This document shows, piece after piece, positions 1-55,339 of a stretch of DNA of 64,000 nt. The notes under the pieces are model-generated. The model ran no database searches. It was not told where the DNA came from and was given only the letters and a program-made list of their open reading frames with translations. A program made the translations under genes and the position numbers. Source of the DNA: Amoebidium appalachense. Its lineage: Eukaryota > Protista > Ichthyosporea. Position 1 is the stretch's first letter. The number at the start of each line of letters is the position of its first letter. The stretch spans positions 4,723,146 through 4,787,145 of the forward strand of contig CAVNZM010000009.1 in NCBI GenBank assembly GCA_963693365.1, in the 5' to 3' direction.

Positions 1-152
1 CACATTGATACAAGACCAACAACGAGAATGCCCGGTCCCAGGTGAACAGTTGACTACAACTAGCACCCAGACAGGGGAAAAAAAAAAGGCAACTGTACCT
101 GTGCGGGGCTCCAACCACAAAAAAGACGCCAAAAACAAAGTAATAATCGAGA

Positions 153-30484
<30,332 letters not shown>

Positions 30485-30752
30485 GGTGGCTGTTTTTTTT
30501 TCACTTCCAAATAAGGAGATGTGTGGCCACTAGATTGAGCTAAGAATAGAACCTTACTTCATCAGACGAGTTTCGGTAAGGAATCCTGTGACGACAACCC
30601 GGGAAAGGCCCTTGGGCGCAGGTTGTTGATGTGGTCACCTTGCAGAGGTGTAAAAAGAAAGTACCTGCGAAGCAAAAGACAATAATGAGCGAAAGAATGT
30701 AGGGAGAGGCTTGGGGGAACAAGAGACCCGCGGGAGGGGAGGGCCCGGGAGA

Positions 30753-30783
<31 letters not shown>

Positions 30784-32535
30784 AGGGGGGGGGGGCATAT
30801 GATGCCCGTGTGGACCTGCGAATGCACACGGGACGCATAATTTGTCTCGCACTTGTGCTGAGTGGAAAAGGAATAGCCAATAACTGAGGGGGTCATAGAT
30901 GCAGGTGCACCGTGCTCATTTATTTAACGAACTTGATTTGATGTTAAAACCAGGGGCGGAAGAAAAAAATGCAAAAACACTACAACCCTACAAGTGTAGT
31001 GACAAATTGAAGTGTCAGCCAAAAAGCCAACCAATTCTTCAGTGTATGTGCTCACATAGGCACACTGCAAACAAGCTGGAAAAACACGCCTTCTAAAAAC
31101 CAACATCCGTCCAGAAGAGAAAAGAGTACCGCCTCCAGGAAATCGCAGGCAGTGTGTACACACTCAAGCACACACTCACGGCCGCTACACACACAGCCCG
31201 CACACACGAGAATTTCACACGCAGGGAGTTCAAAATTACGTACTAGGCATGGATTCCATAAGGAGCGCTTGGTTTGCGTTTTGCAACAAGGTCACAAGAG
31301 AGCATACGTTTGCCCAGGATACACAAAAAAAATATTGGATATGAGCAGGTCACAAAAAAAAAAACACTCGTTTGGTGGTTGTATGAGGGACTAGTCCCTA
31401 GTGTTTATTTTTAGCTTTATTCCTGAGCTTCGCGAAATTCACGTTCAATTCTTAGCAAAAACAACCGAAAAACAAAATTTACCTTTTCAAGCAGACGTCA
31501 GTTACACCCATACACATTCACACACCCTCTCTGGTCCTTCGTTCCTCTCCTAGCTCCTAGGAGGACCAACAGCTGTCCCTTTTAAAAACACTGACTGTCG
31601 AGGTAGGGTTGGACACGAACTTAGCCATACAAACCATATCACTATTCCTTCATCTCGTTGTGGTAAGTCCTAAAAGCTGGAAAACCAGTTAGCGTTTGTT
31701 TTTATCCTTTTTCTCTTGCAGAGACTATAGCCTGCAAAGGATTTCGAAGGGGAATACACAGGATGCGCTGTGTGGAGTTCGTCAAAACCGCACGGGGCCG
31801 CGGGGAGTTCCCCAGCCACACAGCGATGTAAATGATGCAGAACAATAAATGTGCTGCAATTTGCGAGGAAAAAATCCTCTCTTTTAAATTTATCCAGACT
31901 CCTGCATGCAAGGCATTGAGGCTCAATCCAGCTAGTTTTGTTGTTTGCGCCGGCGGCTTTTATTTTTTGAAATTCCAACCTATATTATATTGAATACTGT
32001 ACGGTTCTTTGATGCTTTTGTTATAGCTGTTATCTCCCACTTGGAAGTTGGGCCGTTACAGGGATTTTGGATAAACTGAAGTTGGATAACGTAAAAATCA
32101 GATAGATGTGCAAGGCTCAGTCTGGTATGTTTTGTAACCCAATCAAAAGACGCTGAGAGTGAGCCATATAAAAACGTGATGACACGTTGAAAATAGGTGA
32201 CAGAAAAATAGGGAGCCTAAACTTCTTCAAAATGACGGCTATAAATGTGCTTTATATGTTTGCTCCAATACATGCGGTGTGACTCAGCCGGGCTTTCCGT
32301 AGTGTTCGCGCGTTTTTTCTTGATATCGAAATCTTCTCGGGGGTTTACGCTGTTTACTCGAGGCAAAGAGAACCAGTCTCAGGTATGGGGGGGGGGGGTT
32401 TTGCTCGGAATATCCCCTCAGCGGTATATCATGATCACGTACATAGATGTCGGGTGGTGACTATATATCAGGGTTTACTTTCTCTACGAGACACCATAAA
32501 GACTACAAGGAGAAATCAATTAGTTGGGGTTCCCC

Positions 32536-32573
<38 letters not shown>

Positions 32574-32605
32574 GGGCTCCCCTCGGGACACTCGGTATCA
32601 GCTGG

Positions 32606-32658
<53 letters not shown>

Positions 32659-32679
32659 GTGTGTGTGTGTGCGCGTGCG

Positions 32680-33240
32680 CTATAATTTTGTAGTGATGTG
32701 TTTCTCAAGCCAATCAATACATCTAATAAACAGGTCGTAGTTACGCGTGTTTAGTATAAAATCAAGGATGTTGTAATTTACAGGTAGGCTATCTTTCTGG
32801 GTGTCTGTTGTGAATGTGACGTGTGTGTGTTGCGGTATTATGTGGTCTATCAAACTACATTTGGCGATACATGACCGGTTAAACTGGTGTGTGTGTGTGT
32901 TGTTTGGGCATGCAAATGATGCCACCTTATACTTATTAGATCTCCACTGTATAGCACGTGTACAGTAAAAGCGTGGTAATTGATCAATAATACCATCAGC
33001 TAGAGAAAGACCAGTTCTACAGGAAGGTAATATGTATTTAGGTGTTATACACTTGCGAGTGCCATATTTGGCAATATGGTTGAGGCGGTCAGTATATATA
33101 AAACGAGACATAAGGCTTAGTTTTTCAAGGTGTATGCTTTCATCGGGTCTAGTGTCGTGTGGTATCTTTTTCCATTTGTTATATTGCGTGATTATCTTGT
33201 GATTGTGTACATGTTTAATAAGTAAGTGGCAGTCCAAAGT
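32680..33240 (-). mobile_element. Possible 5'-truncated non-LTR retrotransposon (LINE ORF2 C-terminal fragment)
   Basis: ~185 uninterrupted codons in AT-rich DNA without a convincing start; RAIQWRSNKY..C..H..C..C..ILDFILN resembles the Cys/His C-terminus of LINE ORF2 proteins. The stop is followed on the minus strand by (CA)n and a long A tract. Resemblance only; no RT core is present. Confidence 0.4.
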
Positions 33241-34053
33241 CACACACACACTATTGCGGGGTTTATTTGTATTTGTGCCCAGGGGAGAAGGGGAGAGAGA
33301 GGGGAGGAAAGAGGGGAGAGGTGAGGAGGGGACAGGTCGGATAGAGAAGAGAGGGTGGGAGGGCAAAAATCTTCTCTTCCATGCCGCAGGCCATGACGTC
33401 ATGGTGCGTGGGGCCGATGCGAATTTTTAAAAGGGTTGAAAGGATTGAATGAACAAAACGCCTGCAGGATGCCCCTGTCCCTATATATCATGTGAGCTGG
33501 TTCTGCCAAATATAATAGAAGTAGCTGTTTATATAACACAATAGCTAATTAGGTGTGTTGCTAGTCTTTTTTTGGTTCCGCCAAATGGTAAATTAGTCCG
33601 CAGTGCGGTCACTGCGGTATTTGTTGTGTCATCTGATTGGATACACTGGTCCAATGGCGTCAATTCAAGATGGTGTCAAAATTCCTTTCGGGATGACGTA
33701 GGGCGGTTCAACGCACCCAGCTAGGCCTACTTGCTACTGCCAACTGCAGCTGAGAGAGGGAGAAAGGCCGGGAAAAAAAAACTAGTAAGAACAAAGGAGA
33801 ACAAAATAAATAGCTCTGTTTCAATGAACCGAGAAGTATTAGGAGATGTTAAGCTAGCTGGTGCACTCGTCAGTGGCACAGGTGGAAGCCACGGGCGTGT
33901 GCATGCGCAGAGCCGCGCGGTACATGTGCATCTACAGTCACTGACACACCTGTCATGACGATCCGAACGAGCACGTGAGCATGGTGAAAATGTCCTGCAC
34001 ACCTGATGGCATTATTCTACGCGGACATGGTGTGTGTGTGTTTGATGTGGTGG

Positions 34054-34112
<59 letters not shown>

Positions 34113-34773
34113 CGGGTGACACTGTGTGTGCGTGTGTTGGTGCGTACACATGAACGGTGTGTGAGTGCGTTGTGTGTGGTCACTGTGACGGCGTGTGAAC
34201 CATCAAGTGTGTGTGCACACACGTGCCTACACGTGTGCAATGCCATGTTTGGTACGAGGGTGATGTCCGGACTCGATCCTGACCGTGTCACGAATTTTAC
34301 CGAGTGCCCGTGAAAGGGGGAACCTACATGTAAAAAAATATCTGTTGCAGTTGTGAGCATCGAGAGCTCACCACGTAAGGTACCTATACTAGCCCCCCCC
34401 CCCCCCCCCCCCCCCCCCCCGCGTTCTCCACCTCCACCTCCACCTCCACCACCTCCTCCTCGTTCGAATTCCGTGTGGCTAGACCGACTAACTAAAGTTG
34501 CAATTGGTGGCTGTAATATTACAACAAGAAAAAAAAAGTAGGAATATACTGGCAGCGCAGCTGATTTATTTTGCACCGTTACTCTTAACAATCTAAAATA
34601 ACAAGGATAAAATGATATTGAGAAACAACTAAAATCTTGTGTTTTGATATGTGCGAGCACGCAGGGCCAAACTTCATCAGTCAAATAATTTACGTCTTTT
34701 TCATGTATACCAACTACAACCTCATCGCCCATTTTTCGGCGCTCCACCGGCTGCGGGGCCGACATCAACCCCC

Positions 34774-34804
<31 letters not shown>

Positions 34805-35063
34805 AAAAAAAAAAAACAGTCAATCGAAATCTACCGATACATCATCATAATAATAATAATATAACTTTGAAAACAGAAACATGCCACAACCCATTACAAC
34901 CGTAGCTACCTCAATCAAATATATATATCTTTCTCTTAGTCCTCAAAAAGCTATAAACTGGTGGGCCGATTCGCGTGAAAGCTTCTCGCCATTATAAATT
35001 ATAAACCAGGCTCCAACAAACGGTCTGCATTTTAAACCAAGCCCAGCAAATGGTTATATTCCT

Positions 35064-45166
<10,103 letters not shown>

Positions 45167-47689
45167 GGTGAAACCTGCGGTAAGACGTGCGCAAACAGTG
45201 AGTTCATTACCCCGTAACAACCAGCTTCAAAGGAAAATACATGAAGACACACAGAGTCATGAGATGAGAAGCCTTAGAGGCAAGTGGGGCAATATAGCGT
45301 TAAACTTGTTTGCCGAAGATGTACACAGCTTTACAACATCAATGTTTCAGGTTCGTTGACAGAATCTAGGTCATGTGCTGACCTATGCCGTTCGTAAGTA
45401 CGAGATATAAAAGGAGAATGCAAGGCCTAGGCGATAGAAGCGGGAGTATGTATACTCGGTATTTTGGTTTCAGAGATCGCAACAAAACATGATTGACAGA
45501 TAGCCACTGACTAGCTGTGATGAGCGAAACACGCCAGAGCTATCTCTGATAACGCCAATGACCCCTGTTAGCATACACCAATACACTTGCATGCATTCCC
45601 CCGAGCTTACTGGGAAAGCGGGAGGTCTCAAGAGGAATAAACGTTTCCAAACCATGTCACTCCAGCTGCATCACTGTAATCTCGAGCAAGTCATGATGTG
45701 GGCTAGGCAACACACGGCAAGCACATGGGCATTCTAAGAGATGCCGACCTTTAGTGTGCGTTTCGGACGGAAACTATCCCTTCACCTTTCAGAGTTGTAC
45801 CTATAGGAAGGTTATTTCGGTTGTATGAGCGGTCAACACAAACACAAAAGCAAGGTCGCCGGCCGGGACACAGCTGTTGTTTGAAAGCCCAAAAGGCTTT
45901 TTTCTGTTTATATACGTGTGTGGGCTTCCCGCCAATGAACCATCGGGAAAGTGGCTCTAGCTTGCAGGTGATTAGCTGGAAAGAAGGGGTAAAAGACCTT
46001 ATAATTAGCTTCATGACTAATGATTTGTTAACTCTCCAGTTTTTTATCACTGATGTTTTTTATACTATATTTTATTATTAAGAAAACTTTTTTTGTTTTA
46101 ATGTTATTAAGGTGCTGATATATCGTGTTAATACTATTGTAAAGTACACTATCGATCAGTTCAAACTGCTTTTACCCCATTCTAACCTAAAAAGGTAAAT
46201 GGCTCACCCCCTGCTTTGTAATCCAATCAAAACCTTGTTGTGGCTCAGACGTAAATATCTCGCATAGTTGCATTGCACGGCCCGTGCGCCTTCGTTCGAA
46301 CGTTGTGTTCATGCAGCCCTTTTTTCAACCACTGTTTCTTCTTGAAGTTGAAAATTTCCCCTTCTTTCTGTCATTCATATACATCACACAAAGTGTAAAC
46401 TGTATATGAAATTTTATATCTCGATGCTTTTGTTGCCTGCGATTTCGGCGACAGCTGAGTGTAATTTTTATCGGAATCCTACAAAGGCACTCATGAGCCT
46501 CTTTCGCTGTTCATTGTGTCCGAAATGGCCAGCTGCCGCGCCTGAGCTGGCCCATGCGCGCATGCAGTGCCAGAGTGCATGCAGGGTCCGCTTTTTATGT
46601 AATGCAATTGCAGTAAACAGGTAAAGAGCTAGGAGATATTTGGGGCATCAATTACACCATCGATATCGGCCGTATTATCGATGCCATAAATGCCACCATC
46701 TGTATTAAACGTGGGAGAAATTTATGCATCAATTACCTCACCAATTTTTTCATCACCGATGGTGGCATTTACGGCACCTAATTACAGTGGCCGAACAATT
46801 CACAGTGGTAATTCCAACCTGAATTTCTCGGACTCCAACCGGGCACTCTGGCTGGAGTAATCCACGGTATAAATGTCACAAGGAATGTCACCGGAGGGAT
46901 GCTCGGTGTATTTGCTGACAGGCGGAATTCATGGCGTAAATTGCCCTGGCCCCTGGCCCTGACCCCCTCCCCCCCCCCCCCCCCCCCCCCCTGTACACCC
47001 CCCTCTCCCCCCTTCTCCCTCCCCCTTCCCCTCCCCCCCCCCCCCCCCCCCCCACCCTCTCCTCCTCCACTCCCCCACCCCACCCCACCCTCTGACCTCC
47101 CCCCCCCCCCTCCCCCCCCCCCCCCCACCCACCCACCCATCCGCTCCCCCCTCCCCCTCTCCCCCACCCATCCCTTCCCACTGGCCTAAGCATGATAGAA
47201 AATTAGCACAGACACATGAATAATGACATTGCACGAAGCATAAACTTTAATGGTACCTGTCGATTATAGCATCTGTCAGGATGGCATTACACACTGCCAA
47301 GTTGATAAACGTCATGTCGAACAGCCTATGGTAGGTCTACCAATGCATTACTTATCAATCATATTAAGTCTTGTAGGTATTGGCCAAAGTTCCTGACTGT
47401 AAAAAACGTAAAACAATAATCTAGCATGCTACTTGGCATGGTGTTTTAAGGCAACGGAAACCCAATTATCAAATGGAAGGTATATTAATAATGGCAACAT
47501 ACACCCACGACACACAAGGAGTGGGAGACAGGGATAAGGGGATTTGGGGGGGGGGAGAGGGGGAGGGGGGGGAGGGGGAGGAAGAAATTAAAAAGGAAAA
47601 GAAAACCCTAGCTACAGTGAAATAAAACATTTCCACTGCCGGCTAGGCTAGGTGTTAGAACAGTGCCAAAATACCTTCCGTACCCACCA

Positions 47690-48072
47690 AGGCCGTTCAG
47701 TCATCTCCTTCCGAGTCATCTGATCAACGCTCCCGCTGCTTGGCAAGCAACATCTCCGCCATCTCCTCGTTAATGACCTTGCTCGTGCAGAGGATGCGTA
47801 CACAGTCGTGCATGCTGACGCGTGGCTTCTTGCTCTGCTCGAATACCTGACACAACTTCGGACCGTCCGTGCCATTTTGTCATGCCTGCAGCTACCACTC
47901 TTGCTCTCCGTGCTGCCTGTACAGCCTGCTAGCCCTCTTCGTCCTCGGGACATGGCGGACATGGCTGCCACGGACACTTTCTTTACGATAGCACCATACT
48001 TGTCCGTATCCACCTCCTTGTAGATGCCCAGCTCTATCTCAGCCTTCCAAACGCTATCGCGACGGCGCTGCA
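47690..48072 (-). pseudogene. Frameshifted coding remnant of unknown function inside the putative transposon
   Basis: After a cag acceptor, coding-like blocks appear in three frames (RRRDSVWKAEIELGIYKEVDTDKYGAIVKKV; PEDEEG*QAVQAARRARVVAAG; QVFEQSKKPRVSMHDCVRILCTSKVINEEMAEMLLAKQRER*), with non-repetitive composition amid microsatellite DNA. Confidence 0.35.
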
Positions 48073-48164
48073 TCAGAACAAGAGCGGGGGCAAGGAAAAT
48101 GTAAATGGGTGTGAGTGTGGGTGTATGAGAGTCGAGGGTGGGGGGGGGGGGGGTTCCCTTTTTT

Positions 48165-48213
<49 letters not shown>

Positions 48214-48460
48214 CTGGAAAACCAACAGCACAATATGGGAGGGAGACAGAGTAGTGCAAGGGATGGGCAGTTGTGGGTATATACCTGTGTGCTTATGTGC
48301 CTGCGGTGTATGTGTGTATCGGTAGAAACCAGGTTGGCAACCAGTGCCAACGCACGGTTGACCACGAATAGCCTGTGCAAGCACGCTCACATATGTAACC
48401 GTAAGCGGATACACCTAATACATACACAGGGAGAGAGGGGGGGGGGGGGGGGGGAAGGGG

Positions 48461-48505
<45 letters not shown>

Positions 48506-48561
48506 GAGAGAAAAGAAGAGTGAGAAAGGGGGAGGGGGAAGGAGGTGGGGGAGACAGACAG

Positions 48562-48605
<44 letters not shown>

Positions 48606-48621
48606 GGGGAGGGAGAGAGAG

Positions 48622-48656
<35 letters not shown>

Positions 48657-48855
48657 AGAGAGGAGTCGTGTTATGAGGGGGACGCTGAAAGAGGACTGGG
48701 GGAAGAGAGAAAGGCTTTTTGTACCTGGGCATTATCCCCCAAGAATACTCTGGAAGCTTCGCTCGTCAACGAAAAACGTTCTTGTAACGTTTAGACACAT
48801 ATCAGTCGGGCAAAAAATAGCAAACAACGCGAAAATGCGCACGTGCGTTTGCAGT

Positions 48856-48946
<91 letters not shown>

Positions 48947-49917
48947 CACTTGACAATGTTGTCTGCAACAAACTTACACCCTGACTGCGCCCATGCAAGG
49001 CTTATTCTTGCGATATCGGTGTATACCACCCTCTTGGCCCCCCACTGCCACACAGCCCTGCTGCCACCACCATACACATACACCTCTTGGCATTTCTGTT
49101 AAACCGGAATTCCTAAAACACACTCGTTTAGCCGTTTATTGTGTGTTCCCACACACCCAAACACAAATGCTACATACAGTGACCCTCCCCTCCCCTCCCC
49201 CCCCTCTCCCTCCCGCGCCGCCTGCGTCCCGAGTCTCGGTTTCTTCCACTTGCACATTCACTTTATTACTTCCTCCCCCCTCCCCCCCTCCCCCCCCCCC
49301 CCCCCTTCCCCCCTCCCTGTGCTTTATCTCTTTGTGTCCCCCCTCCCCCCCACCCCCTCCCCCCCCCTCCCCCCCCCCTCCCCCCGCGCCCATTCATCCC
49401 ATCACATTCTCGTGTGTGCGCGCTCACATGTCCAATGGGTTTGGGTGCGCTGGTGTATGCGGATGTGTGTGGTTTCTTTTTGGTTTTTTTTTTTTTTTTT
49501 TTTTTTGTGGGTGGGGGGGGGGGGGGGGAAAGGGGGCGGGGGGGGAGGGGGGGGGCGTGTGTGTGTGTGTGGGTGGGGGGGGGGAGGGAGGATGGAAGGG
49601 TTGGTGGTGGTGTGTGTGTGTGTTGGGGGGGGGGGGGGGGGGGGGGGGGAGGGAGGGGGGAGGGGGGGGGGGGGGAGTGAAATTATTATCGAAAAACATT
49701 ATTGAAATTACTCGCCGTGCATACTTGCATATCTTTCCGTTGAATAAATCCAGTCAAAAGAAAAAGAAAAATTACTCTGTTTTATAAGACCCCCCCCCCC
49801 CCCCTCTTCCTCCGCCAAGCCCCCCTCTTCGCCACCGCCGCCGCTGGCTCTCGAATATCCCACTTGCACACTTGCTCATTTACTCCTCTCCCCCCCCCCC
49901 CCCCCCCCTTTCCTGAC

Positions 49918-49969
<52 letters not shown>

Positions 49970-49983
49970 GCCCCCCTCCCTCC

Positions 49984-50014
<31 letters not shown>

Positions 50015-50096
50015 CTCCGTTCTTCCTCACTCCCCTGCGCACGCGTGTATGTGGTGGTTTAGGTGCTTGCGTGTGTATGGGGATATGTGTAGGGTT

Positions 50097-50232
<136 letters not shown>

Positions 50233-50543
50233 AAGGTATTATGGAAAGGAAAGGCATCACAATCATTCTGTTTTGAGGAATCCCCCCTCCCCCCTCCCCC
50301 CTCCCCCCCCCCCCTCCAACCGCCTCCCCCACCCGTCCCACCCACCCACCAAAAAAAAAAAAAAGAAAAAGAAAGAAAGAAATGACCGGAAAGGCAAAAA
50401 AAAATGGGGGAACTAGAAACAAAACAAAACCAAAAAAAAAAAAAATGTCGTGCATCTGATGGATCATAGTCGGTATCGGAAAAATTGGTCAGGAAAGCCT
50501 GGACTCCGAGACCTGACACTTTTTTTTTAGCCCGGTCATTCAG

Positions 50544-50750
50544 GTGGGTCAGGTACTGACATGTGCTTGGTGCCAGCTTCTTCTCTCGGCTGTGGACAAT
50601 GCCCTGCGGTCGTATCTCCCCAACGACAGCATCGTGCAGCTGTGGGACCTGCTTCAGCAGCACCACGAGGAATATCACAAGCTGAACGGTGATTGGGCCG
50701 TGTCTATCAGCTACCACATGGCCCTGCACCTGCGCGAATTATGTAACTGA
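50544..50750 (+). pseudogene. Transposase fragment, CMC/EnSpm-Mirage type
   Basis: CAWCQLLLSAVDNALRSYLPNDSIVQLWDLLQQHHEEYHKLNGDWAVSISYHMALHLRE resembles the pattern LL..f...y..LyG....t.n.H..lHL.e of CMC-type transposases. It is GC3-rich, ends in a stop and has no flanking coding sequence. Confidence 0.5.
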
Positions 50751-50844
50751 CTACCTGAGTGATTTAAACCTTGGTGCACGCCCCCTTCCCCTCCCTCCCC
50801 CCCCGCGCGCCCCCTAACATACACACAAAAACACACACACACAT

Positions 50845-50910
<66 letters not shown>

Positions 50911-51303
50911 CACACAACACACACACACACACAAAAGAGGAGAAAGAAAGATAAGAAGGAAACAAGAGAGACAGAAAGAATTCAAGTACGGCTCCAACTC
51001 TGCAAGAGAGAAGGGGAGAGGCGTGGACACAGTAACAAGACCAAACAAAGCTCATGAAAACTAATAGCAAGTTAAAATGTATGTTCTGGAAGGTGAGGTG
51101 AATGGCTGATATTCTCCCAGCCACACAGATGGTGTCAGTGCAAATGTGGGGATAGGGGTGGGCATGGGGCCGGTTTGTGGAACAGTTACATGGATAAGGG
51201 TGTACATGCACCGGTGAAGAAACCAAAGACGCGGCACACACACACACATTATCGCGTGCACACACACACACACACACACACACCGTGACGCATGCGCACA
51301 CAC

Positions 51304-51380
<77 letters not shown>

Positions 51381-52012
51381 GACACACACAGTGACACACA
51401 CACAGTGACACACACGAGCAACCCATGCCAACTTAGTTACACAGCCCCGCCAGCCTACATGTGCGGGCAATCCGTATGTATGCACATGCACATGCCCACA
51501 CATGCCCACACATGCACGCGCTTGCGCGCACACATATTCAAGCACAAGCACCCACACCGACTACACACAGCATCCATCGAGAACCGTATCTGACCAAACG
51601 TGCACGCGCACACATACACACATACATGTGCATGTGCGCAACCACCTAGCACGCATGCGTGCAGAAGTGCGCACTCACACTCACAGCTTGCCACATGCAG
51701 ACAACGTAAGCAACAAACCTAGCATGGGGGTTAAAGGGGATAGCATTACACCTGCACACTGCATGCACTGCCCACAGCAAGGATATATGGTGCCATATTA
51801 GGAGCATAGGTAGACTTTCGTACTTTGCTAACTTGGAACCTGTGTTCTCTCCCCCCATCCCCCCCCCCCCCCCCCCCCCGTCCCCTCCCCTCCCCCTCCC
51901 CCCCTTCTCTCTCTCTCACTCAGCCTCTTCCCCCCCCCCCCCCCCCCTCCTCTTCCCCCCTCTCCCCATCTCCCCCCCTTTCTCCCCCCCCCCCTCTCTC
52001 TGTCTCTCTCCG

Positions 52013-52062
<50 letters not shown>

Positions 52063-53066
52063 CCCCCCCCCCCCCCCCCCCTCCCCTCCCCCTAATCCTC
52101 CACCTTCTTTTTCTGCTCAGTGTTGCAGTTCACCATATCATGATCTGCAAAGTAGCATGATGCCTCAACCTCGATCTCGGCGATATATCAACAACCTAGC
52201 CATTGTAAGTGTTGCCATTTTCTTCTACTTACAAAATCCTAGCACGAGAAAATGTTTGTTTTTTAAGCGACGCTGGTGGTTGCAGAACTAATGCTACGGT
52301 ACGTGTGCTCATCTGTAGCTCGCCATACAACGGATGTAATAGAGGAAATTGTTGCTGTGATTGGCATTGCCAATCACAGCTGGTATAATTGCTGGAGGCA
52401 TTGCCGGCACCGATTACAATAAAAGCAGTAATTCACGGTGTCATTTGTGCACGCACGCCTCCTAGGGGAAAAATAGGCGGTGTGAATTGCACATCTATGC
52501 CAAGGAGGGGATAAATTTATGGTGATGTCGGCGCATCAATGTTTCCTCCGGGAGTAATTGATGGTGGAATCGACGTTTCCAAATTCTCCTAGTTCTTACC
52601 TGTGGACACATTCATATTATATGCACCATAGACAGACAGATCTTTCACTTCTCCCCCTCCAACCACACACACACACACATGCTACCTCCGGACGTATGTG
52701 TTCGGATCCGAAAGCCTGACCTGGCCAATTGTCGACTAAATGCATTTGAGGAACCACAGATAGAAAAGTAGGAATATGCCACATACCTTTTCATAAGATC
52801 CCCGCTACCCCTCCCTATCTACAGCCTCTCATTTCTAGATCCGGGTGATTGCCCTCCTAATTCCCATTTGAAAACGTGTGCATTACCGGGCCTCCCCCTT
52901 CTCCCCCTCCCCCTTTTTTCCTCCTCCTCCCCCCCCCCCCCCCCCTCCCCCCCTCCCCCCTCCCTCCCCCTCAAAAAAAAAAAAAAAAAAAAAAAAGGCA
53001 CCACCATCACCACCACCACCACATCACCACCACCAGCTGGAGCCATCTTCTTCTCCCCCCCCCCCC

Positions 53067-53097
<31 letters not shown>

Positions 53098-54831
53098 ACA
53101 TTCCCTATTTCTCTCCCCAAGCCTGTTGCAGAGTGCAAAAATAACGTCAACCCCATAGTCCGTTTGTACAACAAATTGTGCTATATCCCCCCCCCCCCCC
53201 CTCCCCCCGCCCTATTCACCCATTCAAAAACACACAGCCACGCCATTTCTCTCTCACACATGCATTTGGCTGACAGTCAAATGTCCGTAAATATATGTTT
53301 CTGTAAATATTTGGGCATGAAGAGGTAGCCAGGAGGTAGGGGTGGGAGGGTTGGCAGAAGAATCGTATCTGTGAAGTTTTTCCTATTTTTTTTTTTTTTT
53401 ATACATTCATTTCTTTAGAGGCTGTCGCTGCTTTGGTTGCATGGGTGTGTCGGCGTGTGTGTAGATGTGTGGTGCACGTGGTGATAATGGGGGAGGGGCA
53501 AGGGGGGAGAGGGGGAGGGGGGCTGTGTTATATCAGCACCAACCTTCCTTCCGGAGGGGGAAAAAAGGGGGGGAGGGGGGGAGGGGAGTTCAAGGGCTAC
53601 ATACGCACAGATCTGTGAATGTTCTGTACTGAATCATGACTGCATGGTTCATATGGCTGGGAGGAGGGAAGGGCAAGTCAAGAGAAGGTAACCTAATATT
53701 AATATTAGTGCCATAATATTATTTACACGGCAGGGTCAGGTGTTTAGGGTTGCAACTGCCAGAAAAGCCTTTGGGAGGTGATGACGGTACCGGTTAACTG
53801 ATGTTTATTTCTGAGCCCGGCCCGTAGTTTGTAACACGCAGGCGAGCACGGAGGAGGAGCCGGGAGACAGTGGAAGGGGGGGGCGCAGGCCGGGCGGGCG
53901 GGGGGGGGGGGGGGGGGGGGTATTATGTCCTTCTATTCAGACGAAGTATCCGTACTGAGGAAGTTATGTACGCCGAGCTGAATGGATAGAGATGAAATGG
54001 CTTTCAACCCCTGGGCCAAAATTGCTAGTGTTTGAGCGGTGATGTGTTACATACATAGATCATGGTATGTAGCCAATCACTCATCCCCGATCCGGGACAC
54101 AAAATCCTCATAATCGAAGCTCTTTGACCATTTCTCCCACACCCTCTCTTCTTCTATCCCACATATAGCCCCAATATTTGCGAAATGCACAGATGCATGC
54201 CATTCGGCTCCGTTGGCTCCCACCGCAAAATCGAAAGCAGCTAAGCAAGCTTTTCCAACCCCCCTCCCCCCGGCCTCCCCCCTCCCCTCCCCTCCCCCCC
54301 CCCCCCCCCCCCCCCCCCCCCTCTACCGGTCCTGTGACTCCCAACCTTCAACTCCTGTCCATCTCATCGACCATTTCAGTCCCTCCCCCCTCCTCCCCCC
54401 CCCCCCCCCCCCCCCCCCCACTCCAATCCAATCCAGATCTGTGCCTCCCCCCCCCCCCCCCCCCCGTTCTCTCTCTCTCTCTCTCCTCCCCCCCTTCCCC
54501 CCCTCCTCCCCCTTGTTTATTCTTCCCCCCCCCCCCCCCTTCCCCCCTCTCCCTTCCCATACCGATTTTTTCAAAAACTTGACCTGGTAACTATAGAATA
54601 GTTGTTGTTAGGTCGCTCTCGTCCTTTGTGCCTACAATGCCTCGTCAATCTAACACCTTTAAACCTAAATCTCTCTTCGGTGTTCTTTCAAGTCACTTCA
54701 TCGCGTCAACATCTTATTTTCTTCTTTTCTATCCCTTTCCCTTTTGGGGGATTCATTCTGCACCATTATTGCTACGGACATGTGGGAGGCTCACCATCAC
54801 CTGAAAATTAATTGAGGTTGCACGAATTTAG

Positions 54832-55018
54832 GTCCTAGCCAGCTGGAGTCTTATTTGCAGCCTCCCCTAGTTCCACAAGGACATCAGAAAAAAATTTAAT
54901 TTCATATCAATAAAGTCATTATAAATTTTTTTTTCTTTTCTTTTTTTCCATACATAGTCGTGGGTGCTAGCTAGCCATTCGGAATCTTGAATTTCCAAAA
55001 ATTCTGCCGCTAGAAACT
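54832..55018. repeat. Dispersed repeat, copy 2 (related to 8771-8910)
   Basis: Shares the ctagccagct.ga.tcttattt / ccccta / gctagc / gaatctt / cgctagaa blocks in the same order and orientation. Confidence 0.65.
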
Positions 55019-55339
55019 ACCGCGAAAAACCCTAAGTTTAGCCTTCCCGGGCTGTATATATATACTGTATCCCATTCCCTCAAGCTCCTAATGATAAATT
55101 TATTTTTATTTTTTATGGGAACCAAGCCCCCAGGAAAGGTAAGAAGCTTAGGAAAGGGAGGGAGGAGGAGGGGAGAGGGGGGGGGGGGGGGGGGGGGGTA
55201 ATTACTTAAAAGTGTTTAATACACGCGTGATCATGCTTGTGGGCCAGATCATTTGTATGTCACTACTACATATTGCATTGAGACCAACCCTGTGGCATTG
55301 GTAAAAGACAAAAACTACTACCGTGTGACTGCTCGGCCC

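Noticed and set aside
33953-34768. 271-aa minus-strand ORF
   Set aside because: It runs through G-runs and CA repeats, shows no recognisable domain and gives no consistent exon chain.
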